Assembly: GCF_009914755.1 (NCBI RefSeq)
Contig: NC_060938.1
Origin: the human T2T-CHM13v2.0 reference genome, Homo sapiens
Direction: 5' to 3' (one strand)
Length of the DNA: 64,000 bases
Every line of letters begins with the position of its first letter. Positions within the stretch are counted from its first letter, which is position 1. Positions 13,691 through 27,839 of this stretch are shown here, piece after piece. Under the pieces are notes generated by a model. The model did not search any database and was not told where the DNA came from. It saw nothing but the letters and a program-made list of their open reading frames with translations. The position numbers were made by a program, and so were the translations under genes.

Positions 13691-13996
13691 GGCCAGTCAC
13701 GGTGGCTCACAACTGTAATCCTAGCACTTTGGGAGGCCAAGGCGGGCAGATCACGAGGACAGGAGATCGAGACCATCCTGGCTAACACAGTGAAACCCTG
13801 TCTCTACTAAAAATACAAAAAAAAAAAAAAAAAAAAAAAATTAGCCAGGCATGGTAGTGCACGCCTGTAGTCTCAGCTACTCGGGAGGCTGAGGCAGGAG
13901 AATTGCTTGAACTTGGGAGGCGGAGCTTGCAGTGAGCCGAGATGGTGTCACTGCACTCCGGCCTGGGTGACAGAGCAAGACTCCATCTCAAAAAAA
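13691..13996 (+). mobile_element. AluY/Sc-type with expanded middle A tract
   Basis: gagatcgagaccatcctggctaacac diagnostic; TSD aaaaattgaac on both sides. Confidence 0.9.
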
Positions 13997-14362
13997 TTGA
14001 ACCAGGAGCAGCAGACCTAGAAGCATGGCTTGGAATACTGTAATTCTCAGCTGAAAGAGGGTGATAGTGTCGGCAGCTTCTCTAAGCCCTTGATTTTACC
14101 CAGGAGGACCAGACAAATTGGTTGCTGACATTTAAACATCTGGAGAATGCACACAAAAATTCACATTTCTGTTTTTTCTTGAAAATGTAGAAAACCTGAC
14201 TATCTTGGACCTTCCTTTCCACGTGGCAAAAATCAGCCCCAGTCCCCTCAAGTCCCCATAATATTCTTTTCTGTCCAATGCCCATCGTATTATTGCCTAG
14301 TCTCTATGGGCATTGGGGTTTGACAGGCTCATCTAGTTCCAGCTGAGGTCCTCTTTCTTGGC

Positions 14363-14552
14363 CAGTGCTTCTCAAACTTTATTCCATATCAGAGTTACCT
14401 GGAAGGCTTCTTAACACATAGATTGCTGGATCCCACCCTCAGAGTGTCTGCTTCTGTAAGTTGTTGGCAGGGACAGGGCTAGGGATTTGCATTTCTAGCA
14501 GTTCCAGGTGATTCTCATGCTCCTGGTCTAGGGACCACACTCAGAACCACTG
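14363..14552. mobile_element. MER5A (hAT-Charlie MITE)
   Basis: Terminal inverted ends cagtgcttctcaaact... / ...cagaaccactg; internal atttgcatttctagca. Confidence 0.8.
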
Positions 14553-15597
14553 CCCTGGATTCATGGTAACTCTGCTTCTGTCAGTAAAGAGCTCTTGATG
14601 ATTTTCCTCAAAGAAATTTATATCAAGTTTAATGAAGTGGCAAAAAATTTTTATCCATTGCAATGCATCAGAGGAAGAGAGCCATATTTTTGGGGAAAAG
14701 GGAGCATGATGCTCTAGCTGGAAAGATGACAGCAAGACTGCCTTGCTGAGACAGGCAAGAAAGGAGAAAGGAAAGGAGGGAAGAGAGAGACAGCAGGGAA
14801 AGGAGGTCTTAGTGTGAAGTCAGTGGGAGGAGGGGTCCTTGCCTGTGACCCCCATTTTTGTGACCCTGAAAATGCATGGTGTGAGTGGAATGTGTATGTG
14901 TGTCAATGGTGACAAAGTCTTGGACTGAAGTGGTGAAACATGAGCCTTCATACATGTCTGTGGGAGCCAGAGAGGAAGGTCACCATGGCAACCAAACCCA
15001 TGAGATCTGTACATGCCTCGGTGAAGGCTTTGGACTTTCTCAAGCCATGAAATTGAGAGATTTGAGCCAGGTCCCCTCCATCTCAGAAGAGCAGGGAGGC
15101 CCCAGCTGAATTCTGGGTTCCATAAGAAAGATTTCATCTGAATAAAGTACATAATTCATTTTGCCCATTCTAATCATCAAAGTGGTGTATAGCAAAGAAT
15201 CTGAGATTCTCCTCAATGGGAGATAACACCCTGGACTGTCTCAATTCCAGGCAAAAGCAACAGCACTTGATGTTTTTGATAATCTATGCAGGCTTAGAGA
15301 CGAAAAACTCTTTGTTAGTCTTTTCTTGAAATACCAGTGATAGCTCTCGGATGTCCATTATTTCCTTTAGAGGTCTTTGGAGATCTGGAGATGGCTGGGA
15401 ATGCCTCCCGGGCTGGTGTCCGGCCACGCACAGGCAGGTTGGGGGTGGTCTTGAGGGCCATGTTGCAGGCCTGGTCCAGAGATATTCACAGGGAGATTTA
15501 AATTTTCTGTTTCCAACATGCCTTATTATTATTCAGTATATACAATTACATAATGAAAGCATTATGTAGAAGGTAACATGTTATTTGGCTCTCTTTC

Positions 15598-15815
15598 CTT
15601 TATTGAGCACCTATCATGTGCCCAACATGTTATGTGCACTTTTTAGTTTAATATTCACCACTGTTCTGAAAAGTCAGAATTTTATCCCCATTTTACAGAA
15701 AGAAAAATATGCTTCAAGAGTTTAATAACTTTCCAAATGTTATTCAGCCAGTGAGTGGTGGTGCCAGGATTTGAGCCCAGACCTGTCCAACTCTAAAGTC
15801 CCTGTTGTTTTCTTC
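15598..15815 (-). mobile_element. MIR
   Basis: tttattgagcacctatcatgtgcc...atccccattttacaga...ggatttgagcccag. Confidence 0.75.
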
Positions 15816-16884
15816 TGACCACCCCACCGCTTGCTGCTTCTCAAATGAAAGAGATTGCCTTTATTGTCTATCCCTATAGCTTTCGAGTATGACAAGCAAT
15901 ATTCTGGCTCTCTTACATTTGTTCAATGTTTAAAACCTATCCCTTTAGCTCCAAGAAAAGCATAAAAGAAGAATTTGTACTGCATTCCTTTGCATGATAA
16001 TATTGCATTCCTGAGCATCAACTCTACAGGAGCCTTCTCTGTGATGGAAGTACAGTGTTTGAAGATGGCTGCACGTTCCCAGCCCTCTATGATTTTTCAG
16101 TGAGCAGTTTCAGCTGGATATAGAATTGCAAGTAAGAAAGTTCCAGTTGGCTTCCCAGAAAATTTAATCTCTCAATTTTCCTTAGTTGTTTGGCATGCCA
16201 GGATGAGATTCAAATGAGATTCTATAAAAATGACGAGTTTTTCCTGCTTCCTGCTGTCATTAGCCCCTCTCACAGCTGGGCTTCGTTTCTGTGACCATAA
16301 ACTAGCTCATGCTCTCAACACAGGAGTAGCTACAAACTGGGAAATGGAACTAAGCCCAATATAGCAGCCAAACCCTCCCAGTTCTGCTTTGCTCTGTCTT
16401 GGTGCCATTTTGTTTGAAGAAAAAGGGGGAACACATCACTTTAGAAGGCAGCTGTTCATTTTTCCTGTAGGTAAACGCAGAAGAAGGCGCGGAGGAGAAG
16501 AAACCTCACCTTGTTGTGAGGTTTCTGTGGACAAGGACCTCTGTCACTGGGCTTTCTGCTAACCACAACATCCAACTGATCAGCACTCCTGCCTATCTAA
16601 AATGAACTATTGATAGAACTATTGACCCCGAGGAAGACTTCAGAGTACCCTAAGGGTACTGGCCATCTGGCTTCCTTGCCAGTAGTCTCCCCAGACCTCG
16701 TCTCCACATCAAGGTCACTCTCCACTGCTGCTAAAATGATCCTTCTATAATGTGAGCAAGCCACACCCTGGCCTCAATTGTTCTTCATAAGGTCTTCTAT
16801 GACCATATCCCTGCTGACTTTTCCGGTCTTGTACTAACTTGTCTTCCTGCCTCCACGTGCCTCCATGTGCCTCCACGTGCTATG

Positions 16885-17422
16885 GAGAACCTAAGTTGGA
16901 TCATGTCACTCCCCTGATCAATTCCCCCTCCCCGTCTTGTCCCATTGCATGCAAAATGAAATCCCAGGTCTGTACACTGGGCCAGGAGATCCTTTGCAAT
17001 CAGCCTCTCACTGTCTCTCTACTCTCATTCCTTACTGTGCCTTCTCCTCTCCAGCCACTCTGGCTTTCTCTTCCTCTTTCTCTCTCCCTCCCTCCCCTCC
17101 AGCCACTCTGGTTTGAGCACTGTTTCAAGCCTACCTCAAGGCCTTTGCACTTCTTCCCTCTACCTGTGTCACTCTTTCCCTAGATCCACAGGGCTCACAC
17201 TCCCTCAACCCCTTGACCCAGGTTATGGGCCAAATGTCAGAGAGGCTGTCTTTATGAAAATAGCAGCTCTTGTCACTCTAATCCTTTTCATCTTGCTTTA
17301 GAATTTTATTTTTTTCTACTCCTGTACAAAAATCCAGTCACCATGAAGGCAATATCCCTTGAATGGAGACTCCTGTGTGCCCCATAGTAGGTGCACACCT
17401 AACACTTTTTCAATGAATGAAT
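16885..17422 (+). mobile_element. L2 3' fragment
   Basis: gatcatgtcactcccctg...ggcctttgcactt...catagtaggtgc...aatgaatgaa terminal motif. Confidence 0.65.
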
Positions 17423-17428
17423 CTCCTC

Positions 17429-17688
17429 CCATACCACCCTCAGTACTACACACCCCATACCACCCTCAGTACTATACACCCCATACCACCCTCAGTACGA
17501 CACACCCCATACCACCCTCAGTACTACACACCCCCTACCACCCTCAGTACTACACACTCCATACCACCCTCAGTACTACACACCCCATACCACCCTCAGT
17601 ACTACACACCCCATACCACCCTCAGTACTACACACTCCCTACCACCCTCAGTACTACACACTCCATACCACCCTCAGTACTACACACT
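17429..17688. repeat. Minisatellite, 26-bp unit x10 (ccataccaccctcagtactacacacc)
   Basis: Ten contiguous units read directly, each with 0-2 substitutions. Confidence 0.97.
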
Positions 17689-18087
17689 GTAGTTGGTCCA
17701 GAGTACTTACAAATCCTCAAACTTGTTAGGTAGCTTCACACCTCTGGGCTTAAAAAATGTTTTTTTAATTGAATAACAACTTTAATAAAGTAAACAAATA
17801 TTAATTGTATAGCTTGATAAATATATATATAATATATATATAATATAGACACCTGATTTATGACAGAAGCCCCAGGGCAATTCAGTAGCGAAGGAACAGT
17901 CTTTTCTATAGTTGTTGCTGGGTCAGTGGGATATCAGTTGGGGCAAAAAATGAACTTTTATTCCTGCCTCCACTATACATAAACATTAATTCATGGTAGA
18001 TTATAGAACTAAATGTGAAAATAAAAACATTTAAGTATGCAGAAAAAGAAAGTAAGAAAATGTCTCCATGACCTTGGGGTAAGCAAA

Positions 18088-18422
<335 letters not shown>

Positions 18423-18487
18423 TAAACAAAACATTAAACACTAACTTTTTAAAAATTGATGAATTTAATTAAAATAAAACACTTTGG

Positions 18488-18857
<370 letters not shown>

Positions 18858-19782
18858 TCAACAAAAGTCTTGTATTCAGACTGTAAATCAAGAAGAAATA
18901 GACAAAATGGGCAAAAGAGTTGAACTGGCACTTTAGAAAGAATATCAAAATGCTCAATAAATATGTAAAAAAAAATACTTAACATCATGTAAATTAAACT
19001 CACAATGAAATAACTACTACCATGACGAGATACCACTTTTAAGTAGCTAACATTTCCAGGACCAAAAACATCAAATATGAACTAGAATGTTTCAGAACAA
19101 CTGGAACTTCCTTTTGTTACTGGTAGGACTGTAAACTGGAGCAACGAATTTGGAAAAATTTTGCCGGTACCTACTACACCTGAACATATATATATGTATG
19201 TCATGTTAAACCTCTGTGCTTTCACCAAATGCTTTTCCATCTGCATATATACCTTCTTGGTCCATGTCTACTGGTTAAGCCCTTTTCACCGTTCAAGACT
19301 TCTCCTAAATATCATCATGCCTGTGAAGCCCTTCCTGGCCTCACCACCCACTTCGCTCTCATGGAGGCCTTACTGCCCTAATGACCTCTGCATCACACAC
19401 TTGCTGTTGTTGCAAAGGTGTCATGACCCCTTGGCTATGTGTTTGCCTGGGAGCATCTTGGCGGCAGGGTCTGGGCCTTATTCATCTTTGTGCCAAGCAC
19501 TGTGCCTACCACAGATGATCTGTGAATGTTTATTGAATGAGTCAAGTTGAGAGCTTCTGAATAACTAAAGAAAGGTCAAATTCTTTACAGCGTAACTTTA
19601 GAAGTAATCTGTACTGAGAGTTTCATTCTTTGAAAAACTGATATTCAATGTCCAGTATGTGGTATAACCCAAGTGTATTATAAGGATAACTCATAAACCA
19701 GTCATTTAGCTGATAAAAGGGAAGGTTTAGTTATGAATGGAGGAAAAAAATGAAAGAAACTAAGAGAAAAGCATTTAAATGA

Positions 19783-20094
<312 letters not shown>

Positions 20095-20127
20095 TGAACC
20101 AGAATATTTCTAAGGACATTAAATAGG

Positions 20128-20424
20128 GAGAATCTACCCAGCAATATATCCTTTAATGTCTTAAATTCCTTCTATCAGAGTCACAGTTTCTAGGGAGACA
20201 TTTGTATAGGGTACCTGCTAAAAGTGTAAAATTTGGAATTCGGATGTGATTTCAAATTCCCTATATGCCAATTATTTGAGAATCTACCCAGTAATATATG
20301 CATTAATGTCTTAAATTCCTTGTGTTGGAGTCACAATTTCTAGGGAGACATTCACATAGTGTACCTTCTAAAAAGATGGAATTTAGAATTCAGATCTGAT
20401 TCCAAATTCTCTATATGCCAATTA
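20128..20424. repeat. Diverged 150-bp tandem duplication
   Basis: gagaatctacccag...ctatatgccaatta starts at 20128 and again at 20278. Confidence 0.9.
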
Positions 20425-20565
20425 CGTGACCTAATGTAATATTAATTTGTCTCTGCCTCAGTTCCATCATCCGTTAAATGGATTGTTGAAAGGTTTAAAG
20501 AAGAGAATGTATGTAAAGCACCCATAATACAGTGCTTGACATAGTAAGTGCCCCATAGGTGGTAA
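20385..20565 (+). mobile_element. MIR
   Basis: ctctgcctcagttccatcatc...tgtaaagcac...cagtgcttgacatagtaagtg. Confidence 0.65.
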
Positions 20566-20806
20566 AATTTTGGAGGTGCTCCTTCCCCAGTGTTTCATTC
20601 ATGATCTGCAAAGATGGCAAGTTGCACCAAGAATGCTTCTAGTAAGCTTATACAATTACTAATTGGTCTTCCTGTTGCAGTCATTTTAACTGAATCAAGG
20701 CAAGAGGGAATATTTATTCTTTTCATTTGTTAGTTCAGTGACAATATAATTACATGCTAAGAACGCTTTTTGCTTTGGGACAGAGACTGTTATATCTTAA
20801 TGCTCA

Positions 20807-21092
20807 TTTTTTTTTTTTGAGATGGAGTCTTGCTCTTGTCGCCCAGGCTGGAGTGCGATCTCTGCTCACTGCAACCTCCGCTTCCTGGGTTCAAGCGATT
20901 CTCCTGCCTCAGCCTCCTGAGTAGTTGGAATTATAGGCATGTGCCACCACGCCCAGCTAATTTTTGTATTTTTAGCAGAGACAGGGTTTCACCATGTTGG
21001 CCAGGCTGTTCTCAAACTCCTGACCTCAGGTGATCCCCTCACTCGGCCTCCCAAAGTGCTGGGATTACAGGCGTGAGCCACCGTGCCCGGCC
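20807..21092 (-). mobile_element. AluS (Sq/Sx-like) with a small internal deletion
   Basis: Dimer; TSD taatgctcatt on both sides. Confidence 0.92.
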
Positions 21093-23663
21093 CTAATGCT
21101 CATTCTTTCCGTCTTCCCTTTAGATTACAGCTTGTTCCCACATCCAAATAAGATTTGGCAGAGCACATGGCCATCTGGCTGGAGGCTACATTTCCCAGCC
21201 TCTCTTGCAATTGGATCTGGTTCTGTGATTATATTCTTTCCAATGGAGCTTGCTAGCTCCTCTCCTTGGCTGAAATGCTGATGTAATTTTGGTGGTGAAC
21301 CAGCTTTGACTATGTGGAAGAGGAAAACACCCTGGGGTTCTAGGGAGATGGTCAAGCAACAAGATGGAAGGAACCTGGGTCTCTGAATGAATTAATGGAG
21401 CAAAGTTCCCTATTAATCCTAGATAGTGATTACAGAGAGAGATACATTGCTATCAGTTGGGTCAATGTGTTTTGAGGGTCTTTTGTCATAGCAGCTTAGC
21501 ATCCACCTTTACTACTGCAAGCATCGTATCTATATATCTTTTTGTCCTTCGGGTGTGCTGTCCTCCGCCACCCCTGCCAGAACATTTTCCCTCTACCCTC
21601 TGCCTAATAGTCTTTTTTTTCTCTCCCTTCAGGTCTCAGACTAATGTCTCTTCCTTGGGGAAGCTTACCCTGGCCTCTCATCATGAGTTAATTGTCTTAA
21701 TTTTGCTACCTAGCACCATTTTCTGCTTCCAAAGGAATGGCCTATTACAGTCGTAATTTTACATGTAATTGTGTTTCTTTGATTAATGCTTATCTCCCTC
21801 ACTATATCATAAGCCCTGTGAGAAGAGGGACCATGTTTTCCTTTATTTACTAAAGTATCCAGAAAAGCTAGCACAGTAGAGAGCACACAATAGGTATTGA
21901 CTAAATACCATCATTTTAAAAAACCATCAATGCACCCCCCTACCCCATAGTAATAAGTAATCCTTGTCACTGTTCCTCATTACTCTCTAGAATGGGTTAA
22001 GTGATCAAGAATTGAAGGGCAACTTGGCTTATCATGCTGTGGGAGGAGATTCTCTTTTGTCCCCTGACTAATCCTTAATTCTAAAAGCCAGTCCATCAGT
22101 GTGAAGCCAAGACTGGGGCTGCCAATTATATCTATTAGCATGTGAGGTGGCTGATAAAAGTCAGAGGATGGAATCGAGATTGACTCTGGCCACCCGTAGG
22201 AGTTCTGAATCACTGGATAGAATTCGGTAATTTACCCCCGTGGTGTGATTCTGCATCCAAGTCGACCATTTGCTAAATATCTGGCCATTGCAGCCTTGAA
22301 TCACATTTACTTTCTGGGTTTAATGTCATTGAAACAAACCTCTATGGGTTTGAACTAAATTATATGGCTGCCAATCTCTAAATAAAAATATTTTCCTAGA
22401 GGTAAAACGTTGGCAGTTGTCTCTGCTAAATCAGATGGTGTGTTATCCCAGAAGAAAACTGTTTCAAGTCAAGGCCAACAAGGGAGTGACAGTGACTTCT
22501 GCAGAAAGTTGCATCTTCCTCCTGGGGCATTATGAAAGAAGAAGCTGCAAATTTGGGAGCTATAATATAATTTAGCTCAGCACTTGCCTACACATATTTT
22601 TAGAAGCATGGGGCTTCTATCTTCCCCATCCTGTTTTTGAATAACCTCACCACGTCTCTGGAGAACATGTTTAAACCAATTACCTTCCAAGTGGTCTGCC
22701 TCTGCAGAGATGGGTTATATTTATGAAAACAATTTTCATAGACTAAAAGCCTTTCTCTAGGATGTGCCAGAAAATAATGCCACAATATTGCTAGGAGAAG
22801 CTTCTAGAAATCAAAAGCACCTGAGTCATATTAAAAACTTTGAGCCTAAGAATCAGGTTGGTGCTTAAAGCCCAACCTGGCCCCTGCTTAAAGCCCATTT
22901 TCTGTATTATTCCTCAAGGGCTTCCTCAAGGAGACTCCTTTTATAACCTGAAACTCCTCAATGTTGCCTTCTTCATCATGCTTCTCAAATTGCTTTGGAA
23001 GTATGTGAAGTTTGTGAAAACCCAAATTTCATTTGCATTTAGGCCTTTGCATTGATACCTTTCTCACTGACATTTCCTAATTCCATGAGAAATTCCATGA
23101 GAATTATAGTCTGTGTGTGACTCAGGGTCAATTCCTTGAAGGTTTTTTATAGAATCAATACTCCAGAGAAGAACCTCAACAGAGTGGTGAGTAAATGGTG
23201 ACAGACAGAGCTGGCTGTTTCCTTCAGTAACTAATGTGTAGGTATTACCTAGGTAACCTCTGTTTGTTCTTCCAGGCTTCCAATACCTATGTAAACAATT
23301 CCCTGTCTTAAATATCCTCTGTTAAAAATACCTAATATGGTTTCTGACTGACTATATATTGCATTTACCTGTAAAGCCATCTAAAATCCATTGCAAACAC
23401 AAGGCAGGTTAAAACCAAATGAATAAGTAAATAACAAGTGACGGGACTTTTTGGGGGGTTCAAATCTCCCCTCACACTATGCAGAACCAGAAAGAACTAA
23501 AACTAGGGTAACCATTGCACAGCATAAAGATGAATAGCAAAATTTATGCTAATATTCTCCAGTTTTAATTTGTATTTACTTACAAGAACATTAAATAGCA
23601 AATAAAAGACACCATGACAATTTGAGAGAGAGAAAACATGGAATAAAGAAGCTTTATATTTAG

Positions 23664-23963
<300 letters not shown>

Positions 23964-24081
23964 TATTTAGTACTTTTAATGAAACTTTCCTTTTGCTTGG
24001 AGAAATGGAGCTCCACATTTTCCCCCCACAAATTATGCAGGCTCTGCCTGCAGGGAGTGGGGGACAGAAAACCAAAAGCTC

Positions 24082-24380
<299 letters not shown>

Positions 24381-24859
24381 TCAGCCCAACAACAATAGCA
24401 ACACACACACACCTGGAATCAAAGTAGTCTTCTGATTTGGGGGTAATGTCTGGAAAAGTCTCTGGGGTCCCCAGTATCTGACATTTCATGGAGGTTCTTG
24501 GTGCTACTGGGGTGATTTCTGTGGTACACATTGACTGAGCTTCAGAGGCTAACCCACGAGGTATCAGGGGTGGGTCCCCTAATTTACCATGTAAATTAAT
24601 TTAATGAGCAATTCTTTACCAAAAAGAAAAACCACTATTGTTCCCCTCATAATACGCATGTACTGAGCATCCACTAGATGCAAAGCTCTACGCTATTACA
24701 AATCTGATTTCCTGTAAAACTCACAACAATCCCGAGAAGCAGCTTTTGTTAACTACAGTTGAGGAAACTGAGGCTCAGTGGCTGTATGTGACTTGCCCAG
24801 GGTCAAACAACTCTTTATTCAACAGACATATTCTTGATTTCCGAAGCATTTGCTCAGAG

Positions 24860-25520
24860 CTCCCCTTCTCCATGAGTCTGCCCTGATCACTCTATTTAAT
24901 ATTGCAAACTGCTCTCTGACTGTGGCACTCCCAAGTGCCTATGCCCTGCCCTACTCTTTTATCTTTTTTTCATAACATTTATCACCTGCTAACACACTAT
25001 ATAATTTACATCATTATGTTTGTTGTTTATTTTTTGTCTCCACTGCCAAAATAGAAGCCCCTTGAGAGGAGGTGCTTTCTTTGTTTTGTTCACTGATTGT
25101 CTTAGTCTATGCAGGCTGCTATAACAGAATACCATAGGCTGGGTTGCTTAAGCAGCAGACATTTATTGCTCATGGTTCTGGAGGCTGGGAAGTCCAAGAT
25201 GAAGGCACTGGCAAGGTTCAGTGTCTAGTGAGGGTCTGTCTCCTGGTCCATAGATAACCATCTTTTCGTGTCTTCACATGGTAGAAAGAGTGAGGGTCTC
25301 TCGGGAGATTCTTTTATAAGGGCAATAATCCCATTCGAGGGCTCCACCCTCATGACTTATCACCTCCCAAAAGCCTCATCTCCAAATACTATCATGTTGG
25401 GGATTAGGTTTCAACATATGAATCTTGGGCACAAACATTCCATCTATAGCACTGGTATATCCCACAAGCCTGAACCAGTGCCTGGTGCATAGCAGGTATT
25501 CAGTATTTATTGAGTGGCTG
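24860..25520 (+). mobile_element. L2 3' end interrupted by MLT1A
   Basis: ttgttttgttcactg | ...tatcccacaagcctgaaccagtgcctggtgcatagcaggtattcagta. Confidence 0.7.
25098..25451 (-). mobile_element. MLT1A-type MaLR LTR
   Basis: tgtcttagtctatgcaggctgctataacagaatacc...tatagca; TSD ctgat/ctggt. Confidence 0.85.
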
Positions 25521-26208
25521 AGTATTGATTCCAATTCCTGAGATACGGAAAGATGTCTCTCAACATCTTTTTATACATCCATCGTCTTTCTGAGATCCTA
25601 CGACAACCATTACTGTCCCCAGTTTGCAGATGAGAAAACAAAGGCGCAGCAGCTTGTGTTAAAGTCACAGAATTAGAAAGAACCAAAGATGAGGTTTAAA
25701 TACAGCCCTGTCAGTACCTGACATCTATACTTTCTCCTTTGTGCCCTAGGTTTGGTTTTCACTTGAAAGTCAAATACTTTGTCCGACAGTGGACCCGGCG
25801 GTGTTCCCCCCAGCTTCTAGCAGGTCTGCAGGCCTCATGTCTCCTCTCACAGCGCATGCAGGGATGGTCTCCCAGCTGAGAGAATGCACCGCAGCAACCA
25901 CAGCCTGACCTCCAGACCAAGGGTGAAGGACTCTACCGACCAGCGATGAAGGAGCACCCGCGTCTTCAAGCCCTTCCGTGCACCACCGCTTCCTGGTGTC
26001 CAAGGCAGCAAATCAGCATCAACATTTTCCAAGACCTTCTGACCCTTTGGTGGAGCCAAAAAAGGAAAAGAAGACTCAATCCCTGCCTTCAGGATCTCAC
26101 ATATAAAAATAACTAATAGCAAAAGGCAGCTTGAGCTGCCTGGGATCTGGGGACCATTTATCCAATTGTTTCATCATCAGTCAACATCCATCTCCCCAGT
26201 GTCTAGTA

Positions 26209-26556
26209 GAGGGGTTGGCACATGCTTTTTCTGTAAGGAAACAGATTATAAATATTTTCTGTTTTAGGAGACAGATGGCCTCTGTTGCATCTACTCAGTT
26301 CTGCTATTGTAGGGCTAAAGAAGCCATAGACAATATATAAATGAATGAGCATTGCTATTTTCCAGTAAAACTTTATTTGTGGACACTGACCTTTGAATTT
26401 CATATCACTTTCACATGTCACAAAATATCATTCTTTTGGGGGATTTCCCTCCCAACCATTAAAAAATGTAAAAACCATTCTTAGTTCACAGGCTAGACAA
26501 AAACAGGTGGTTGGGGGATGAAATATGGCCCAGGGGCTGTAGTTTGTGGCCTTCTG
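26209..26556. mobile_element. MER58B-like hAT MITE
   Basis: aggggttggca...tctactcagttctgctattgtag...gctgtagtttgtggccttctg. Confidence 0.8.
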
Positions 26557-27166
26557 TCCCAGTTGGGGGTGAAGCTCTGGGCTGGGCACAGGGGATGCAG
26601 CAATGACTGAGACCAGGTCCCTGTCGCCATTAGCCTACAGTCCAGTGGGGAGCAGACAAGCAAACAAGCCATGACCAGTCCAAGGGATGAGAAGGTGTGA
26701 GAGGAGACACAGGCAGAACCACCCTTGGAGGGGCCCTGGGAGATTGGAGGATGCTGGGGAGGGCTTCTCAGAGGCAGACAGAACTCAAACCAGCAGAGCC
26801 AGACAGACCCCACAAATGGCCTCCCTGAATGGGGGTTTGAAAGTAAGCTTGCCCTGCAGGGTGGGAAGTTTCAGCCTGAAAACTCTCTGAGCTTTGGAAA
26901 AAGCTCACCTCCCTTGGGTGTCTGCTAGAACCAAGTCTTGTGATGAAAAGGAACATGGCACTCACGAGAATGGCTTCAGGGAAGCCTCCTGCTCTGTTCT
27001 GTTCCATGTTCTCCACATGTGTGGGAGGCATTGAGGAAACCTTTCTGAATAAAATCAAATGGGCAGACTGGCCCTCTAGACAGGCACAGAGACACAGTGC
27101 CACAGGCAGAGTGGGTTGAATGCAGTAGGTCCTTATGATGTGCTTGGCAGGAGAGGAGTCTCTGGC

Positions 27167-27590
27167 TGTTATGGATTCCACCATGTCCCTCAAAAGTTCA
27201 TATGTTGAAATCCTAACCCCCAGCGCCTCAGAATGTGAGCTCATTTGGAAATAGGGTTGTTATACACATAATTAGTTAAGATGAGGCCAGACTGGGGTAG
27301 GGTGGGCCCTTAATCCAGTATGACAGGCGTCCTGAGAAAAAAGAGGAAATGTGGACACAGACACCCAGACACAGGGAGGACACGGTGTGAAGATTGGAAT
27401 TCTGCTGCCACAAGCCCAGGAACAGCAGAGATTTCCAGCGAATGATCAGAGGGTGGAGGAGAGGCCTGGAACAGAGTCTCCCTCAGAGCCTCCAGGACGA
27501 GCCAATCCTGTTGACACTTTGATCTAGCTTCCAGAACTGTAAGACAATAAATTCCTATTGTTTACACCACCCAGTCAGTCAGTGGTACTT
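27167..27590 (+). mobile_element. MLT1B-type MaLR LTR
   Basis: tgttatgg...catatgttgaaatcctaacccccag...cttccagaactgtaagacaataaattc. Confidence 0.82.
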
Positions 27591-27678
27591 ACTTCCCCAG
27601 TGGAACTGTGCATTTGGAGAAGGCACCTCAGACAGAAGCTGGAGCGGTCTAGGCTTAAATAAAAATGCAGGGTTTTAA

Positions 27679-27772
27679 ATACATATATATATATACATAT
27701 ATATACACACACACACTATATATATATTAAAATATATATATTGTATGTGTATATATATATATTGTATGTGTG

Positions 27773-27804
<32 letters not shown>

Positions 27805-27822
27805 CACACACACACACACACA
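27679..27822. repeat. Compound (TA)n/(CA)n/(TG)n microsatellite
   Basis: Read directly. Confidence 0.95.
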
Positions 27823-27839
27823 AGTCTAGCTGCCCTATA

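Noticed and set aside
16455-16476. ttttcctgtag|gtaaac, a recursive-splice-like motif
   Set aside because: Weak donor and no evidence of a host transcript; such motifs are common by chance.
17359-17733. Repetitive ORFs (PYHPQYYT...) and a CRISPR-like look
   Set aside because: The units are contiguous with no unique spacers; the ORFs are simply stop-free frames of a 26-bp minisatellite.
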